NCBI GenBank assembly: GCA_963716725.1
Contig: CAVQUB010000020.1
Span: 160,001 to 224,000, forward strand
DNA: 64,000 bases
Direction: 5' to 3'
Source of the DNA: an uncultured delta proteobacterium
GTDB taxonomy: Bacteria > Myxococcota_A > Polyangia > Polyangiales > Polyangiaceae
The notes below the pieces were generated by a model that worked only from the letters and a program-made list of their open reading frames with translations, was not told the origin of the DNA and made no database searches. The position numbers were made by a program, and so were the translations under genes. This document shows positions 18,699-28,748 of the stretch, piece by piece (the stretch's first letter is position 1; each line of letters starts with the position of its first letter).

Positions 18699-21600
18699 AT
18701 GAATCGTGCGACTGTCAATTCTCGGTGGTTTTTTCAACTCGCAACGGTGCTTCTCGCGGGCGGGGGGGGGGGGGGGCTGCTCTAGCTCCGACGTGCGCGA
18801 GCCAGAGCGCGTCGTGTCGAGCGCCGACCAGATCTACGGACAGGGAGCCGTTGTAGATCAAACATCTACAAGCGGAACCGACGTAGGCATCGCGGCCAGC
18901 GTCGCGCAGATTTGCACGAGTGTGGACAACACCTGCTGCACGGCCACTTTCGTTTCCAGAACGCAGCTGGTCACTGCCGCGCACTGCATTTGCATCAAAT
19001 CACAGAAGAAGTTTGCGCCTGCGAACTCGTTTACGGTCACGCTCCCCGTTCAGCAGGGCGGCGGGTTTTCATGGGGGCCCAACGCGCCCAACGGCGGCGT
19101 CGTGACCGCTGCGGTGCCTCACCCGGACACGTTGAACACCTGCGCGGAATCTGGCGACGTGCTTGGGCCTCATCATGCGCACGACATCGCTGTCCTAACG
19201 GTGAGCCAACCCGTGCCCAACACCGTCCTCGGGAAGCCCGCGTTTCTTTTCCTCGGTGACATGAATTCCGCCTGGAATTCCAACTTCCTCTCGCACCTCG
19301 GCGGTAAATATGTGGGATTTGGCAACCAGGGTCCCAACAAGAGCTCCCCGAACGACGGGCAGCGGCGGATCGGTCCCGCAAGTGCCGTCAGCCCGTACAA
19401 AGATTTTTGCGACAAGCCGGGGATCTTGGAGGGCACCTGTTACGACGGGTGGATCTGGCGCGGAAGCGACAATGCAAACCTCACCTCGGTGATGGTGAAC
19501 GGCGATTCGGGCGGGCCGTTTTTTCTGAACGACAAGAACGGCGATTACCGGCTCGTAGGGATCCATTCGGGAAGAACGCAGCCGACGCCACTGGCCGCAA
19601 TACCCGACGGCAAGCAACTGCACGCTGTCACTGGTCCTAGCGGAGTCGGCACCGACAATTCCAGTTTCTTGTTCGCCCAGCTCGGTGGGGATCCGGACGG
19701 CGATGGCGTGCCGGACGGCACCGACAATTGTCCGTCCATCAAGTGCCCGAATGATCCAAGCGAGTGCAAGAACGCGGACCAGGCGGACAGTGACAACGAT
19801 GGCATCGGAGACGTCTGCGACAACTGCCCGTCAGTCGCCAACCCGAAGCAGGCGGATGGTGACTCCGACAACGTCGGAGACATCTGCGACCTGTGCCCTG
19901 AATTTGGCGACGAGTTCGCGCAGGGCCCGCAGTTCGACGTCGATGGCGACGGCATCGGAGGAGCGTGCGACGTCTGCAAGGGACAACCCAATCCCCGGAC
20001 AGCCTGCTTGTCGAACTCCAACTGTCCGCAGGCCGGATATTGCATCGCGGACGGACCGCCTGCTGGAATCATTGGCGGGCATTGCAGCCGCCCACGCGAC
20101 ACCGATCTCGATGGGATCCCCGATGGCTGCGACGCGTGCAAGACGGTGGTGAACACCACAGCGAATGCCAACGCTCTGGCCGAAGTGCGCGATCAGCAAC
20201 CCATGTTGAACGACGAATGCGACCCGGTGCCGAACGTTCGCCTGCCGCTCCAGGGCCCCGCACAGCCCGGGCAGATCCCGGATCCGTATCAGTTCCGGGT
20301 CATCAAGGCGGATCGCTGGCTCGGTCAGAATGCCGACGATCCCGCTGTCGGAGGCAACCGCTCCGTGGCGTATCGACATTGCTCGTGCATTGGCCAATCA
20401 GGCAACGACATCAATTTCAACCAATGCGTCAGCCAAGGCGGTCAGTGCGATTGGAACGACCCCGCCAATGGCCCGCTCTGGAGAGTTCCTCGGATCCAGG
20501 GGTTGAATGGAGCCCAGCTCCAGCCAAGCACTGGCAACTTCACGACTCCCCAGTCCTTCGCAGTCGGGCAGTCATCCGAATTCACGAACCGCTGGCCCTG
20601 GCGCGCCGACGTTCTGGCTGGGATCGTCGATGGACGAGGGAACTGCAATGCGCCACCCGGAGGGTCAAGCGACGATTGCCAGACCCATGGTGCGATCGCT
20701 GCCAGTGTGATCGGAGCACCGCTGGGCAGTAGTCGCGACACCCAACACATGGGCTTGCGCGACGTGTTCCGGGAACTGACCACGCCTGGTGTGGTCCCCA
20801 AGCCGCTGGAGGCGATGAGCTTCGATTGCTTCGGCTCAGGATGCTTCACCTGGCTCGATCCGGACGTGCTCATCTCGCCGGCACTGGTCCAGCCCGAGTT
20901 CTCCGTTTTCCTGAATCTCTTCACACAGCCCACGATACTGGCAGTCAAGGCGACCAGCCCCGTAGCGTTGACGGGGCCGAACGTGGCGCTCGACGTGAGC
21001 GCGAACGTACCGGCCAGCGTGGTGGCGATCATCGCAGATCCGACGCTGCTCAAGCTCCACCCCGTGGAGCCCGACCAGCAGATCGCGATCCACCAAGTGC
21101 AGAACGTGCCGCAAATCGTCGCGGTCTCGTCGGAGCTCGGCCCTGGACAGGACGTGGCCTTGATCCTGGCCACGCCAAGCGGACTCTCACCCAGGACGCG
21201 GACCACTCCGCTCTCTGCCACAGCGGCAATCACGTCGCCCGCGCCCCGTACTGGCGCGCAGGCAGTGTACTCCGCAATCGATCGCGCGGTGTATCTGGTC
21301 GGTGGAACCGACAACGGGGAAACCACGGGCGACATCTGGCGATTCGCTACGGAAGACGAAACGTGGACTCCCCTCGCGCTCGGCGCGGCTCAGGTGCCAG
21401 CGTCAGAGCTCCTGAGCGTCGCCTACGACCAGCAACAGAGAATGCTGTACGTACTCGATGTCGACGACGATTCGTTTCCCCCCGACTCGGTGATTGACGT
21501 GGGCGATTCTTCTGGTGGCGGAGCCTCCCCGAAGTGGCCGGGATTCAAAAAGCCGCTCGTCCAGTTGGTCCGACTGGTTCAATTCGATCTACAGGCCGGT

Positions 21601-21903
21601 ACCAGTCGCGTGGTCGCCACCTGGCCCCGTTTGGGCTTGAGCGACGCCACCCACATCGCCGCTCTGGCCGACGGTTCGCTGGCGCTGGTCACGACGAAGT
21701 TCAACGCCTACTTCGTTTTCCGTTTGGTCGTGACAGCCAACGGCGTGGTCGTGCCCGGGGGTGTGATTGCCGGCTCGGGCAAGGTTCTCGCCCAACCGGT
21801 CATGGGAGCTCGAAACCTCACTATCGCCGTCAAGCGCAATGGCAAGCTGGAGTACGTCGAGCTCGCGAAGTTCCACGCCGGCGCGCCATGCATGGCGCTC
21901 TGA
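18699..21903 (+). CDS. Lipoprotein: trypsin-like S1 protease + thrombospondin type-3 repeats + Kelch-like C-terminus; frameshifted at a G15 tract
   Basis: VTAAHC, HDIAV and GDSGGP triad; DxDxDGxxDxCDNCP repeats; PAPRTGAQAVY..YLVGG..DIWRF. The ATG 18699 signal peptide is out of frame by one G. Confidence 0.85.
18762..18776 (+). repeat. G15 homopolymer inside the signal-peptide coding region
   Basis: Directly visible. Confidence 0.9.
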
Positions 21904-23315
21904 TACGCCTGGCCGTCGCGCTCCTGTCGAGCGCGGCGGTCGTGGCCGGCGTGGTTGCTGCTTGCTCCTCCGAGCCGGGTGGGAGCGAGGGCCAAGCAGC
22001 AACCGATGCGGGCTTCTTCGACGCGGTTCACGATACCCAGCCGAGCGACCAAGTCTCACTCGACTCGCCGCCAGACCACCTCGCGCTAGATGCGGGCGAC
22101 CTGCCGCCCGAGCTCGGCTGGCTCGTGGATCCAGCGATCTGGAAACCCATGGCGGGAGTGAGCATGGCGAAGTGCGAGCTGTTCGAGGCGCTGCCCGGAA
22201 AGTTTCCGTTGCCCGCCATCGAGTGGAAGGCGTGCGGTGCTGGATGCGAAGAGACGAGCCCGCAAGAAGCGCTGGTGAGCGACCTATACTTTCCGGTCGC
22301 CAGCACGCACTCCGTGGAAGGGCAAACGGAAGTCTTCCTGACCGGCGAGCAAGGTGTGAAGGGCAGCGCCTTCTGGTATGGCGTGCGCCGCGTGATCCGG
22401 CTCCGCGACGGAGTCACGCTCGGGGCGGTAGAACGGGTGGTGCCGACCAATGTGACCGAAAGCCCATGCGAGTTTGGCTCCGGGCGCGAGAGTGCACTCG
22501 AGAATACCGTGACGGGTGGAAACCCAGTAGTCAGGCTGACAATGACGGCTCCTCGGGTGGCCCTGAAGTCTTGGCGCTTTGCCCTTCCGCCGCCCTTGTT
22601 TTCGGAAGTTCCCGCTGGGTTGATCGGGTTCGACACGGATCATGATGGCGGGCAGGTGTTCTACATTGGCAAGGGCAGCGTCTGGGGGCTCCTCGATGTG
22701 GACGAGAGTGACTACACCCTACTGGAACCGAATTCGAGCTCGTACCACGGCGCGGGCGAAGGAGATCTGGCGGTGTGGACTGATTACGGTGTGGGTCGGA
22801 TCCGAGGTTGGGCGCCCGACGGACTCGGCGTGCGCACCATCGTCGACGGTTCGCCGCCGAGCATGTGTGACGTGGCGCCCACCCCGACACACATCATCGG
22901 TTTCGTACCGGAGGGTGGAAGCTGCGATGTGCCACACCCTGGTCGCGTTTGGTATGTGCCACGTAACACGACCCTGACGACCGCTACGCCAACGCTGAGT
23001 CCGCCTCTATCGGGCGACCCGATCGTGCTGGTGACGTCCTTCGGTATCCGCGCCTGGGGAGACTTCGCGGTGCTTCACCTCTCTACTCAAAATTCAAAAC
23101 CACGCCACCTTCTTGCCGTCCAGCTCTCGACCTGGAAGACGTGGCGCATCGACGCGGCAGCTGGCTTCGAAATCCAAGGGAACACGTTCGCGCTCACCGA
23201 CAAGCACCTGTATTACGGCGAAGGACCGAAGGGGAAAGCGCCCAACTATCTTTCCCGCATGCGCCGTATCGCCCTCGACCAGCTGGGCGGAGCACCCAAC
23301 GTGACACCACAATGA
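21888..23315 (+). CDS. Hypothetical lipoprotein, beta-rich (propeller-like)
   Basis: Start overlaps the end of the protease gene; lipobox VAAC. Confidence 0.75.
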   Translation: MHGALIRLAVALLSSAAVVAGVVAACSSEPGGSEGQAATDAGFFDAVHDTQPSDQVSLDSPPDHLALDAGDLPPELGWLVDPAIWKPMAGVSMAKCELFEALPGKFPLPAIEWKACGAGCEETSPQEALVSDLYFPVASTHSVEGQTEVFLTGEQGVKGSAFWYGVRRVIRLRDGVTLGAVERVVPTNVTESPCEFGSGRESALENTVTGGNPVVRLTMTAPRVALKSWRFALPPPLFSEVPAGLIGFDTDHDGGQVFYIGKGSVWGLLDVDESDYTLLEPNSSSYHGAGEGDLAVWTDYGVGRIRGWAPDGLGVRTIVDGSPPSMCDVAPTPTHIIGFVPEGGSCDVPHPGRVWYVPRNTTLTTATPTLSPPLSGDPIVLVTSFGIRAWGDFAVLHLSTQNSKPRHLLAVQLSTWKTWRIDAAAGFEIQGNTFALTDKHLYYGEGPKGKAPNYLSRMRRIALDQLGGAPNVTPQ

Positions 23316-23920
23316 GCCATCATTCTGCGTCGAAGCTAGTCGGGCTCGGGGTGGCGCTGGCGTTGTTCGCGCAGGGCAGCGAGGCACGTGCGGAACTCGG
23401 ATTCGTCGGCGTGGGAGCGGGCGTGGCCAAGCCGTACACCACCCAGCCGCTTGGCTTCGACGATCCAGCGGACGTGGGTCTCGGCTATGCGATCCGCGGA
23501 TTCGGCTGGGCCACGCCGTCCGATGGCCTGGCGGTTGGCATCACCGCGCTCCACGTGCGCGCACCATCACACGGTCAAACGAGCACGCTCAGCTTCGTGG
23601 GCTTGGGCGGTGGTTTGGGAACGGGTTTCGACGCGGCCACGGTGTTCATGCTCTGGGTCGCGCCAGGCGTGGGATACTCCAAGGGCGCGTGCGCTGCCGA
23701 TCTGGGAGGCGAGCTTGGAATGCGCATCGATCACCACGTGGCTCGTTCCTTTCGTGTGGGCGGAAGCGTGTCCTACACGGGAGTGCTCACCGGTTGCGGC
23801 GACGTCGCAGATGAAAGCTCGCCAGGCAACTACTCATCGGAACCGCCACTGCTTGGCTCCGCCCTCGTTCTTACCCTGGACTTCTCTTTCGATCTGGGTG
23901 CTCAGCCACGACAGCGTTGA
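23312..23920 (+). CDS. Secreted protein, putative small outer-membrane beta-barrel
   Basis: ATGA overlap; signal peptide ending ARA; alternating Gly/hydrophobic strands; C-terminal LTLDFSFDL. Confidence 0.6.
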   Translation: MSHHSASKLVGLGVALALFAQGSEARAELGFVGVGAGVAKPYTTQPLGFDDPADVGLGYAIRGFGWATPSDGLAVGITALHVRAPSHGQTSTLSFVGLGGGLGTGFDAATVFMLWVAPGVGYSKGACAADLGGELGMRIDHHVARSFRVGGSVSYTGVLTGCGDVADESSPGNYSSEPPLLGSALVLTLDFSFDLGAQPRQR

Positions 23921-23991
23921 ATTCGACTCCAACGCTAGTGCCGGGACTCGTCGCAGCTCACTCACGCGGGATCGAACACGCGAAAGCGTTT

Positions 23992-24142
23992 GGGTGTAGC
24001 TCTGGCGCTGACGCCGGTCACCGTCACTTCTTCCTCCCGCCGATCGGAAACGGCACGACGTTGTGCAACGTCGCCACCTTCGCTTGGTAGGTTGCGGCCA
24101 GCAGCGCCCATGCTCGATCGAACCGATCGCCGCGCTGTGTCC
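23992..24142 (-). mobile_element. 3' remnant of a transposase plus terminal end, ISKra4-like (tentative)
   Basis: DRFDRAWALLAATYQAKV..NVVPFP* followed by ..AGAGCTACACCC. Family assignment is from recalled resemblance only. Confidence 0.4.
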
Positions 24143-24213
24143 GTGTCCGTCCGCCCGACCGCACCCCTTGATGGGCGCTTCGACGGCGCGGCGGCAGGGC
24201 ACACTCCGCGGGC

Positions 24214-24546
24214 ATGAAACGGTGGACAGCTGATGAGGCGCGGAAAGCTCTGGCTCGGTGGGGCGCGAGCGGGAAGTCGGTTCGTGCGTTCGGGCGCGAA
24301 CACGGGATCGATGCACAGCGGCTGTATTTCTGGCGGCGCCGGTTGGGGACCGAGGCGAAGCGCGGTCTGGGGCGGCCCGTTCGTGCGCCCGCACGACTCG
24401 TGCCCGCGGTGGTGCGTGTCGGGAACGCGGAGAGCGGCGAACTCGGGGTGATCGTGCGTGTTCCGGGCGGCGTCGGCGTCGAGGCGGATCCCGGTCGCGT
24501 GAGTGCCGACTGGCTCGGGGCGCTCGTCGGCGAGCTCTCGAAGTGA
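24214..24546 (+). CDS. tnpA: IS66 accessory HTH protein
   Basis: SGKSVRAFGREHGI..LYFWRRRL. Confidence 0.8.
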   Translation: MKRWTADEARKALARWGASGKSVRAFGREHGIDAQRLYFWRRRLGTEAKRGLGRPVRAPARLVPAVVRVGNAESGELGVIVRVPGGVGVEADPGRVSADWLGALVGELSK

Positions 24547-24932
24547 TAGCCGTGCTGCTCCTGCCTCGCGCGGTGCGCGTGTACGTGGCGACGGCGCCTG
24601 TGAATCTGCGGAGGTCGTTCGACGGGCTTTCGAACGAGACGCGCGAGGTCCTTCGACGCGACCCGCTCGGCGGCCACGTCTTTGTCTTCCTCAACCGGCG
24701 AGCGACAATGGTGAAACTTCTGGTGTGGACGCGCAGCGGCTTCACGATCGTGCACAAGCGTCTCGAGAAGGGCCGCTTCACGTTCCTGAGAGAGGTCGCC
24801 AGCGACGCGAAGAGCGTCGAGTTGGACGTGCACGAGCTGTCGATGTTGCTCGAGGGCATCGACGCTCGCGTTGTGCGGGCTCAGAAGCGCTGGGAGCCGC
24901 CGCTTCACGCGCGAGCCGTCGCGTCGACGTGA
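24543..24932 (+). CDS. tnpB: IS66 accessory protein
   Basis: PVNLRRSFDGL, VFVFLNRR and KRLEKGRF motifs. Confidence 0.92.
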   Translation: MIAVLLLPRAVRVYVATAPVNLRRSFDGLSNETREVLRRDPLGGHVFVFLNRRATMVKLLVWTRSGFTIVHKRLEKGRFTFLREVASDAKSVELDVHELSMLLEGIDARVVRAQKRWEPPLHARAVAST

Positions 24933-25005
24933 CGGTACGTGATCCCATCTGACACTTCGCGATTGTTCTTGCCCCTGATGATCGCGGTGAAATAGAAGAT
25001 GAGAG

Positions 25006-25730
25006 GTGGGCAAGGCGACGTCGCGCAGAAGCAAAGAACGCCGCGGGCCCGTGCTCGACGTGCTCCAGGAGTTGCTCGCAGAAGGCCGCAACGACCAGGT
25101 CGTCCAGCTTTTCGAACAGCTCGTCGCCAAGAACAGCGAGCTGGAGAAGCGGCTCGCCGAGATCGGCGCGCGGCGCAAGAAGAACGAGGGGATCTCACGT
25201 GACCAGCTGCTGCTGTTTCTCGACGCGCTCGCGACTGCTGCGAGAGCGCGGCTGGAACGGACGAGGAACGTGACGAGGCGAATCTCAGGCTGCGCAGCGC
25301 GGCCGGTGTCGATGAGCAAGCTCAGCAAGGCGTGGGGACCAAAGAGATTCGGGAGCCGCGAACGCAGCCGCCGCTAAGGCGCGCTCCGCCGGCGCACCTG
25401 CGTCGAATCGACAATCCACTCGCCGTGCCTGCCACAGAGCGGCCTTGCCCGAAGTGCGGCGCCGAGCGCAAATGCATCGGCCACGATGTGACGGAGGTGA
25501 TCGAACTCATCCCTGCTGAGGTGGCGGTGCGACGCGACAGTCGGGAGAAACTCGCGTGCTCGAGCTGCGATGGCGAGTTGGTCCGCGCACCGTCTGGCGA
25601 CAAAGTCGTCGCCGGAGGCAAGCTCGGCTCGCAGCTAGTTTCCCAGCTCGTAGTCGACAAATACTGGGACGGGTTGCCGCTTCACCGCCAGAAGAACCGC
25701 TTCGAGCGCATGGGCCTGGCGATCCCCGTC
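25006..25730 (+). pseudogene. tnpC: IS66 transposase N-terminal fragment, frameshifted near 25240 and lacking the DDE domain
   Basis: Coiled coil, CPKCG..CSSC zinc finger and KYWDGLPLHRQ; stops abruptly at an Rhs fragment. Confidence 0.85.
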
Positions 25731-25920
25731 CACCTCCCCACCACCGGGTCGTAATCCCTCGCACCCAACCGCGTCAGCCCCGTCTCCGCATCGAGCGTCC
25801 CGCCCGCGAAGCCAAACGGCACAAAATCAGGCATCCCCGCGATCAGCGTCCGGTTGCCCCAAGCGCCGAAGTCGGCTCGCCACGCAACCGTTCCCGTCGC
25901 GACATCGACGACCGCCCGCG
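25727..25920 (-). pseudogene. Rhs repeat-associated core fragment
   Basis: PRAVVDVATG..DFGAWG..PFGFAGGTLDAETGLTRLGARDYDPVVGRWT. Confidence 0.88.
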
Positions 25921-26004
25921 GTCGGGTTGTCGGGCTCCTTCGGGACCGGAGCGGGCGCTGGCTCAGCTCCGCCGGCTTGCGCTCCGCCATATATCGACAC
26001 GCGT

Positions 26005-27108
26005 TCAGTTCGGCCAGGGACCTCGAAGGGACACGAAGAGCGAGCCAGGACCCAGGTTCGGAGTGAGGGCGAGCGCAGCGGCCGGACGCGAAGCACGCTC
26101 CCGCGGCCAAAGCCATGCGGCGACGACTGCGCCGCTGCCAACGACCAGCGCGCCGGTGCTGACCCAAGCGAACGAACGCGCGCGCGCAGCGTCATCGCGG
26201 TACTCAGCGAGAGCGGAAGCGTCGCGACAGAACTGGCGCTCCGACACGCAGCCCGCACGACGCTTGGCGTCTTCCGAGGTGGAGCTCGCCGACAGCGCCA
26301 TCGCGCCGGTCACCGCCGAGACCCCGAGCGCGGTCACACCCACGCCGCCCAGCACCCAGGAAGCGGTAGCGAAACGCAGCTCCTCGGCGCCCCAATCGGC
26401 GCTGGGCGCAGTGACGCAGCGACCTCCGACCCTTCGCTCGCCCGCCAAACACGCAGCCGGCTCAGCCGGACGCGGCGCTGGCAGCCTTTTGCCCTCCATT
26501 TGGCTTTCGACCGCCTCGAGGCGCGGCACCGAAACGACCCGCTCGCCGCCGTCCGCCCCGACGTCGAGCTGGGACTGCCAGCTTCGGTGGCCGGGCGCGC
26601 TCACGACGATGCGGTGCGCACCGGGGTCTATGGGTGTGGGGGTCGACCAGGCCAGCTCGGGGACTTTCGTTCCGTCAAGCTCGATGGTGATGGGCGCGCC
26701 CTTCGCCCCGGAGGCGATCTCGAAGCGCACGCGGGCGACCTTGCCCTCGAGCGCCTCGAGGTGGAGCAAGGCGAGCCGCTCGCGCTCAGGGCGCTTGTCG
26801 GCCCGAGCGGCGCTGAGCGCGTCTTGGTACTCGGTGTAGGCCGTGGCCAGTCGCCCCTGCTTCTCGTGGCAGAGGGCCAGGTTCAAGAGCGTGCCGCCTC
26901 CGGGGTCCAGTCGCTGGCTCTCGGCGAAGGCGGGGCACGCTTCAGCGTAGCGCTGCGCCTCGAGCAACACGCGCCCTTGCTCGAACAGCGCCTGGGCTTG
27001 GCGACGCTCTGCCTCATTCGGCTCGGCACGCACCAAACGTGGCAAGAGCATCACCGCGACCGCGAGGGCCAGCGTTGGTGGTCGCCGGGCTAGGGGCGGT
27101 CGGGTCAT
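26005..27108 (-). CDS. Secreted TPR + PEGA domain protein with hydrophobic C-terminal region
   Basis: ALFEQG..EACPAFAESQRLDPGGGTLLNLALCHE; IDPGAHRIVVSAPG; ends LFVSLRGPWPN. Confidence 0.85.
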   Translation of the reverse strand: MTRPPLARRPPTLALAVAVMLLPRLVRAEPNEAERRQAQALFEQGRVLLEAQRYAEACPAFAESQRLDPGGGTLLNLALCHEKQGRLATAYTEYQDALSAARADKRPERERLALLHLEALEGKVARVRFEIASGAKGAPITIELDGTKVPELAWSTPTPIDPGAHRIVVSAPGHRSWQSQLDVGADGGERVVSVPRLEAVESQMEGKRLPAPRPAEPAACLAGERRVGGRCVTAPSADWGAEELRFATASWVLGGVGVTALGVSAVTGAMALSASSTSEDAKRRAGCVSERQFCRDASALAEYRDDAARARSFAWVSTGALVVGSGAVVAAWLWPRERASRPAAALALTPNLGPGSLFVSLRGPWPN

Positions 27109-27135
27109 GGGCGCTGCCCCTGACGCTAGCACCTC

Positions 27136-28716
27136 TCATTTGCGGTCAAGCAGGCCGTCGGCGTGAATGCCCAGCGGGCTCGCCGCAGAGGCCAATCCAG
27201 GAGCGCGCGGCTCGCCGCGTCGCGGCGGCTTGGAAGCCCCCCGCTGGGATGCGTCGGGCGGGACCGTCGCCGAGGCCGGCGCCAACGCCGTAGCGTGGTC
27301 CGGGCTCGCAGCCGGTCGCGGTGCCCAGGCCGAGATCGCGCTGCGCAACCTGACCTCGGCGCCGGGCGCACGCCCGGCTGCGGACCAGATCCCGAGCCCC
27401 ACGATGACGACCACCGCAGCCGTGACCCAACCGAGGGTGCGCACCGGAGCCGGCCGCGGGCCGGCGGTTCCAGCGACGCTGGTGGCCAGCGCATCCGACC
27501 GCGCCAGCGCAGTCGGTCTCACGCTCGATCGCGCGTTGGCCGCGATGCGTTCGATGCGTTCCACGAGCGCGGTGACTCCAACGGGCGCGAAGCTCAACAA
27601 CGCCCGCGCCAACTCGGCGACGCTCGAGAACCGCAGGTCTCTATCCTTCTCCAGGCAGCGCGCGATCACCCGACCGAGCCCCTGGGGCAGATCCGGCCGA
27701 AGCTCATCGAGTGGCGGCGGGGGGCGGGTCAGGATCGCGGTGGCGAGGGCCGCCAAAGTCGGCGCATCGAACGCGGGTTTCCCGGCGCACAGTTCGTAGA
27801 GCACGGCGCCCAAGGACCACAGGTCGGTGCGCGCATCGACGGCGGCGGTGTGCTCCAGCTGCTCCGGTGACATGTAGCGCGGCGATCCCATGATGGCTGA
27901 GGTGTGGGTCAGTCCGGAATCCATGGTCGCGACCCCGGAATCCTCCGCCGCCTTGGCGATGCCGAAGTCGAGCACCTTCACCAGCGGCGAGCCGTCGACC
28001 GATCGGGTGAGGAACAGATTGGCCGGCTTGATGTCGCGGTGAACGATGCCACGAGCGTGAGCGGTCGCCAGCGCTTCACACACCTGCAACACGTGGCAGA
28101 CGGCTTCCTCCACCGGCAGCGCGCCGCGCTCCTCGAGCTCCTGCGCCAAGTCGCGACCCTCCAGGTGCTCGAGCACCAGGTACGGGCGACCGGAGCACAG
28201 ACCGGCGTCGATGACGCGCGCGATGTGCTCGCTGTCCAGCGCGGCTCCAGCCCGCGCTTCGCGCAAGAAGCGCCGCACGGATTCGTCGCTCGCGTCGGGC
28301 GCACGCAAGAGCTTCACCACCACGTAGGTCCCCAACACCAGGTGCCGTGCGCGCGCGACCACGCCCATACCACCGGCGCCGAGCACCGCTTCGATCGCGT
28401 ACTTCTCCGCGATCACGCGCCCCGGCGCGAGTAGCTGCGCCTCGGTCGAGTTCAGAGCGAAGTCCGCCGGGGCAGCCACCTGCCCCGCCGCCAGCAGCGT
28501 TGGCGCGTGTGGCTCCGCTGAGTCCACCCCTCGGTCTTCGCACTTCGCGGCTGCCAGCGCGGAGACCAACCTTCGACACTCGTCGCAGACCCCGAGATGG
28601 GCCTCGAGCTCACTCCTCCGCTCCTCCGAGTGGTCTCCAGCGACGAACGCCGCGACTTTGGCCTCGTCGGGACAATCGCGTCTCTCGGCCGGCTGCAAGC
28701 CAGAAGCGTCGGACAT
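27136..28716 (-). CDS. Membrane Ser/Thr kinase with N-terminal anti-sigma-type zinc finger
   Basis: CPD..HLGVCDEC; LGAGGMG, HRDIKPAN, DFG and GSPRYMSPE; one TM helix. Confidence 0.9.
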   Translation of the reverse strand: MSDASGLQPAERRDCPDEAKVAAFVAGDHSEERRSELEAHLGVCDECRRLVSALAAAKCEDRGVDSAEPHAPTLLAAGQVAAPADFALNSTEAQLLAPGRVIAEKYAIEAVLGAGGMGVVARARHLVLGTYVVVKLLRAPDASDESVRRFLREARAGAALDSEHIARVIDAGLCSGRPYLVLEHLEGRDLAQELEERGALPVEEAVCHVLQVCEALATAHARGIVHRDIKPANLFLTRSVDGSPLVKVLDFGIAKAAEDSGVATMDSGLTHTSAIMGSPRYMSPEQLEHTAAVDARTDLWSLGAVLYELCAGKPAFDAPTLAALATAILTRPPPPLDELRPDLPQGLGRVIARCLEKDRDLRFSSVAELARALLSFAPVGVTALVERIERIAANARSSVRPTALARSDALATSVAGTAGPRPAPVRTLGWVTAAVVVIVGLGIWSAAGRAPGAEVRLRSAISAWAPRPAASPDHATALAPASATVPPDASQRGASKPPRRGEPRAPGLASAASPLGIHADGLLDRK

Positions 28717-28748
28717 GGTCGGAGTGCCGAAGTATGCTGGCGCGACGG

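Larger units (their letters stand above)
24143..25730 (+). mobile_element. Truncated IS66-family element
   Basis: tnpA-tnpB-tnpC order; probable left end GTGTCCGTCC at about 24143; no right end. Confidence 0.88.

Noticed and set aside
18706..18780. ORF-track start MRLSILGGFF.. for the protease
   Set aside because: No signal peptide. The RBS-supported ATG 18699 gives a lipoprotein-like signal in the adjacent frame.
24543..24932. RNA-guided TnpB nuclease
   Set aside because: This is the unrelated small IS66 accessory TnpB, with no RuvC motifs.
25921..26004. Second group II intron 3' end (..CAACCCGAC on the minus strand) before the Rhs core
   Set aside because: No DV stem with a catalytic triad upstream.
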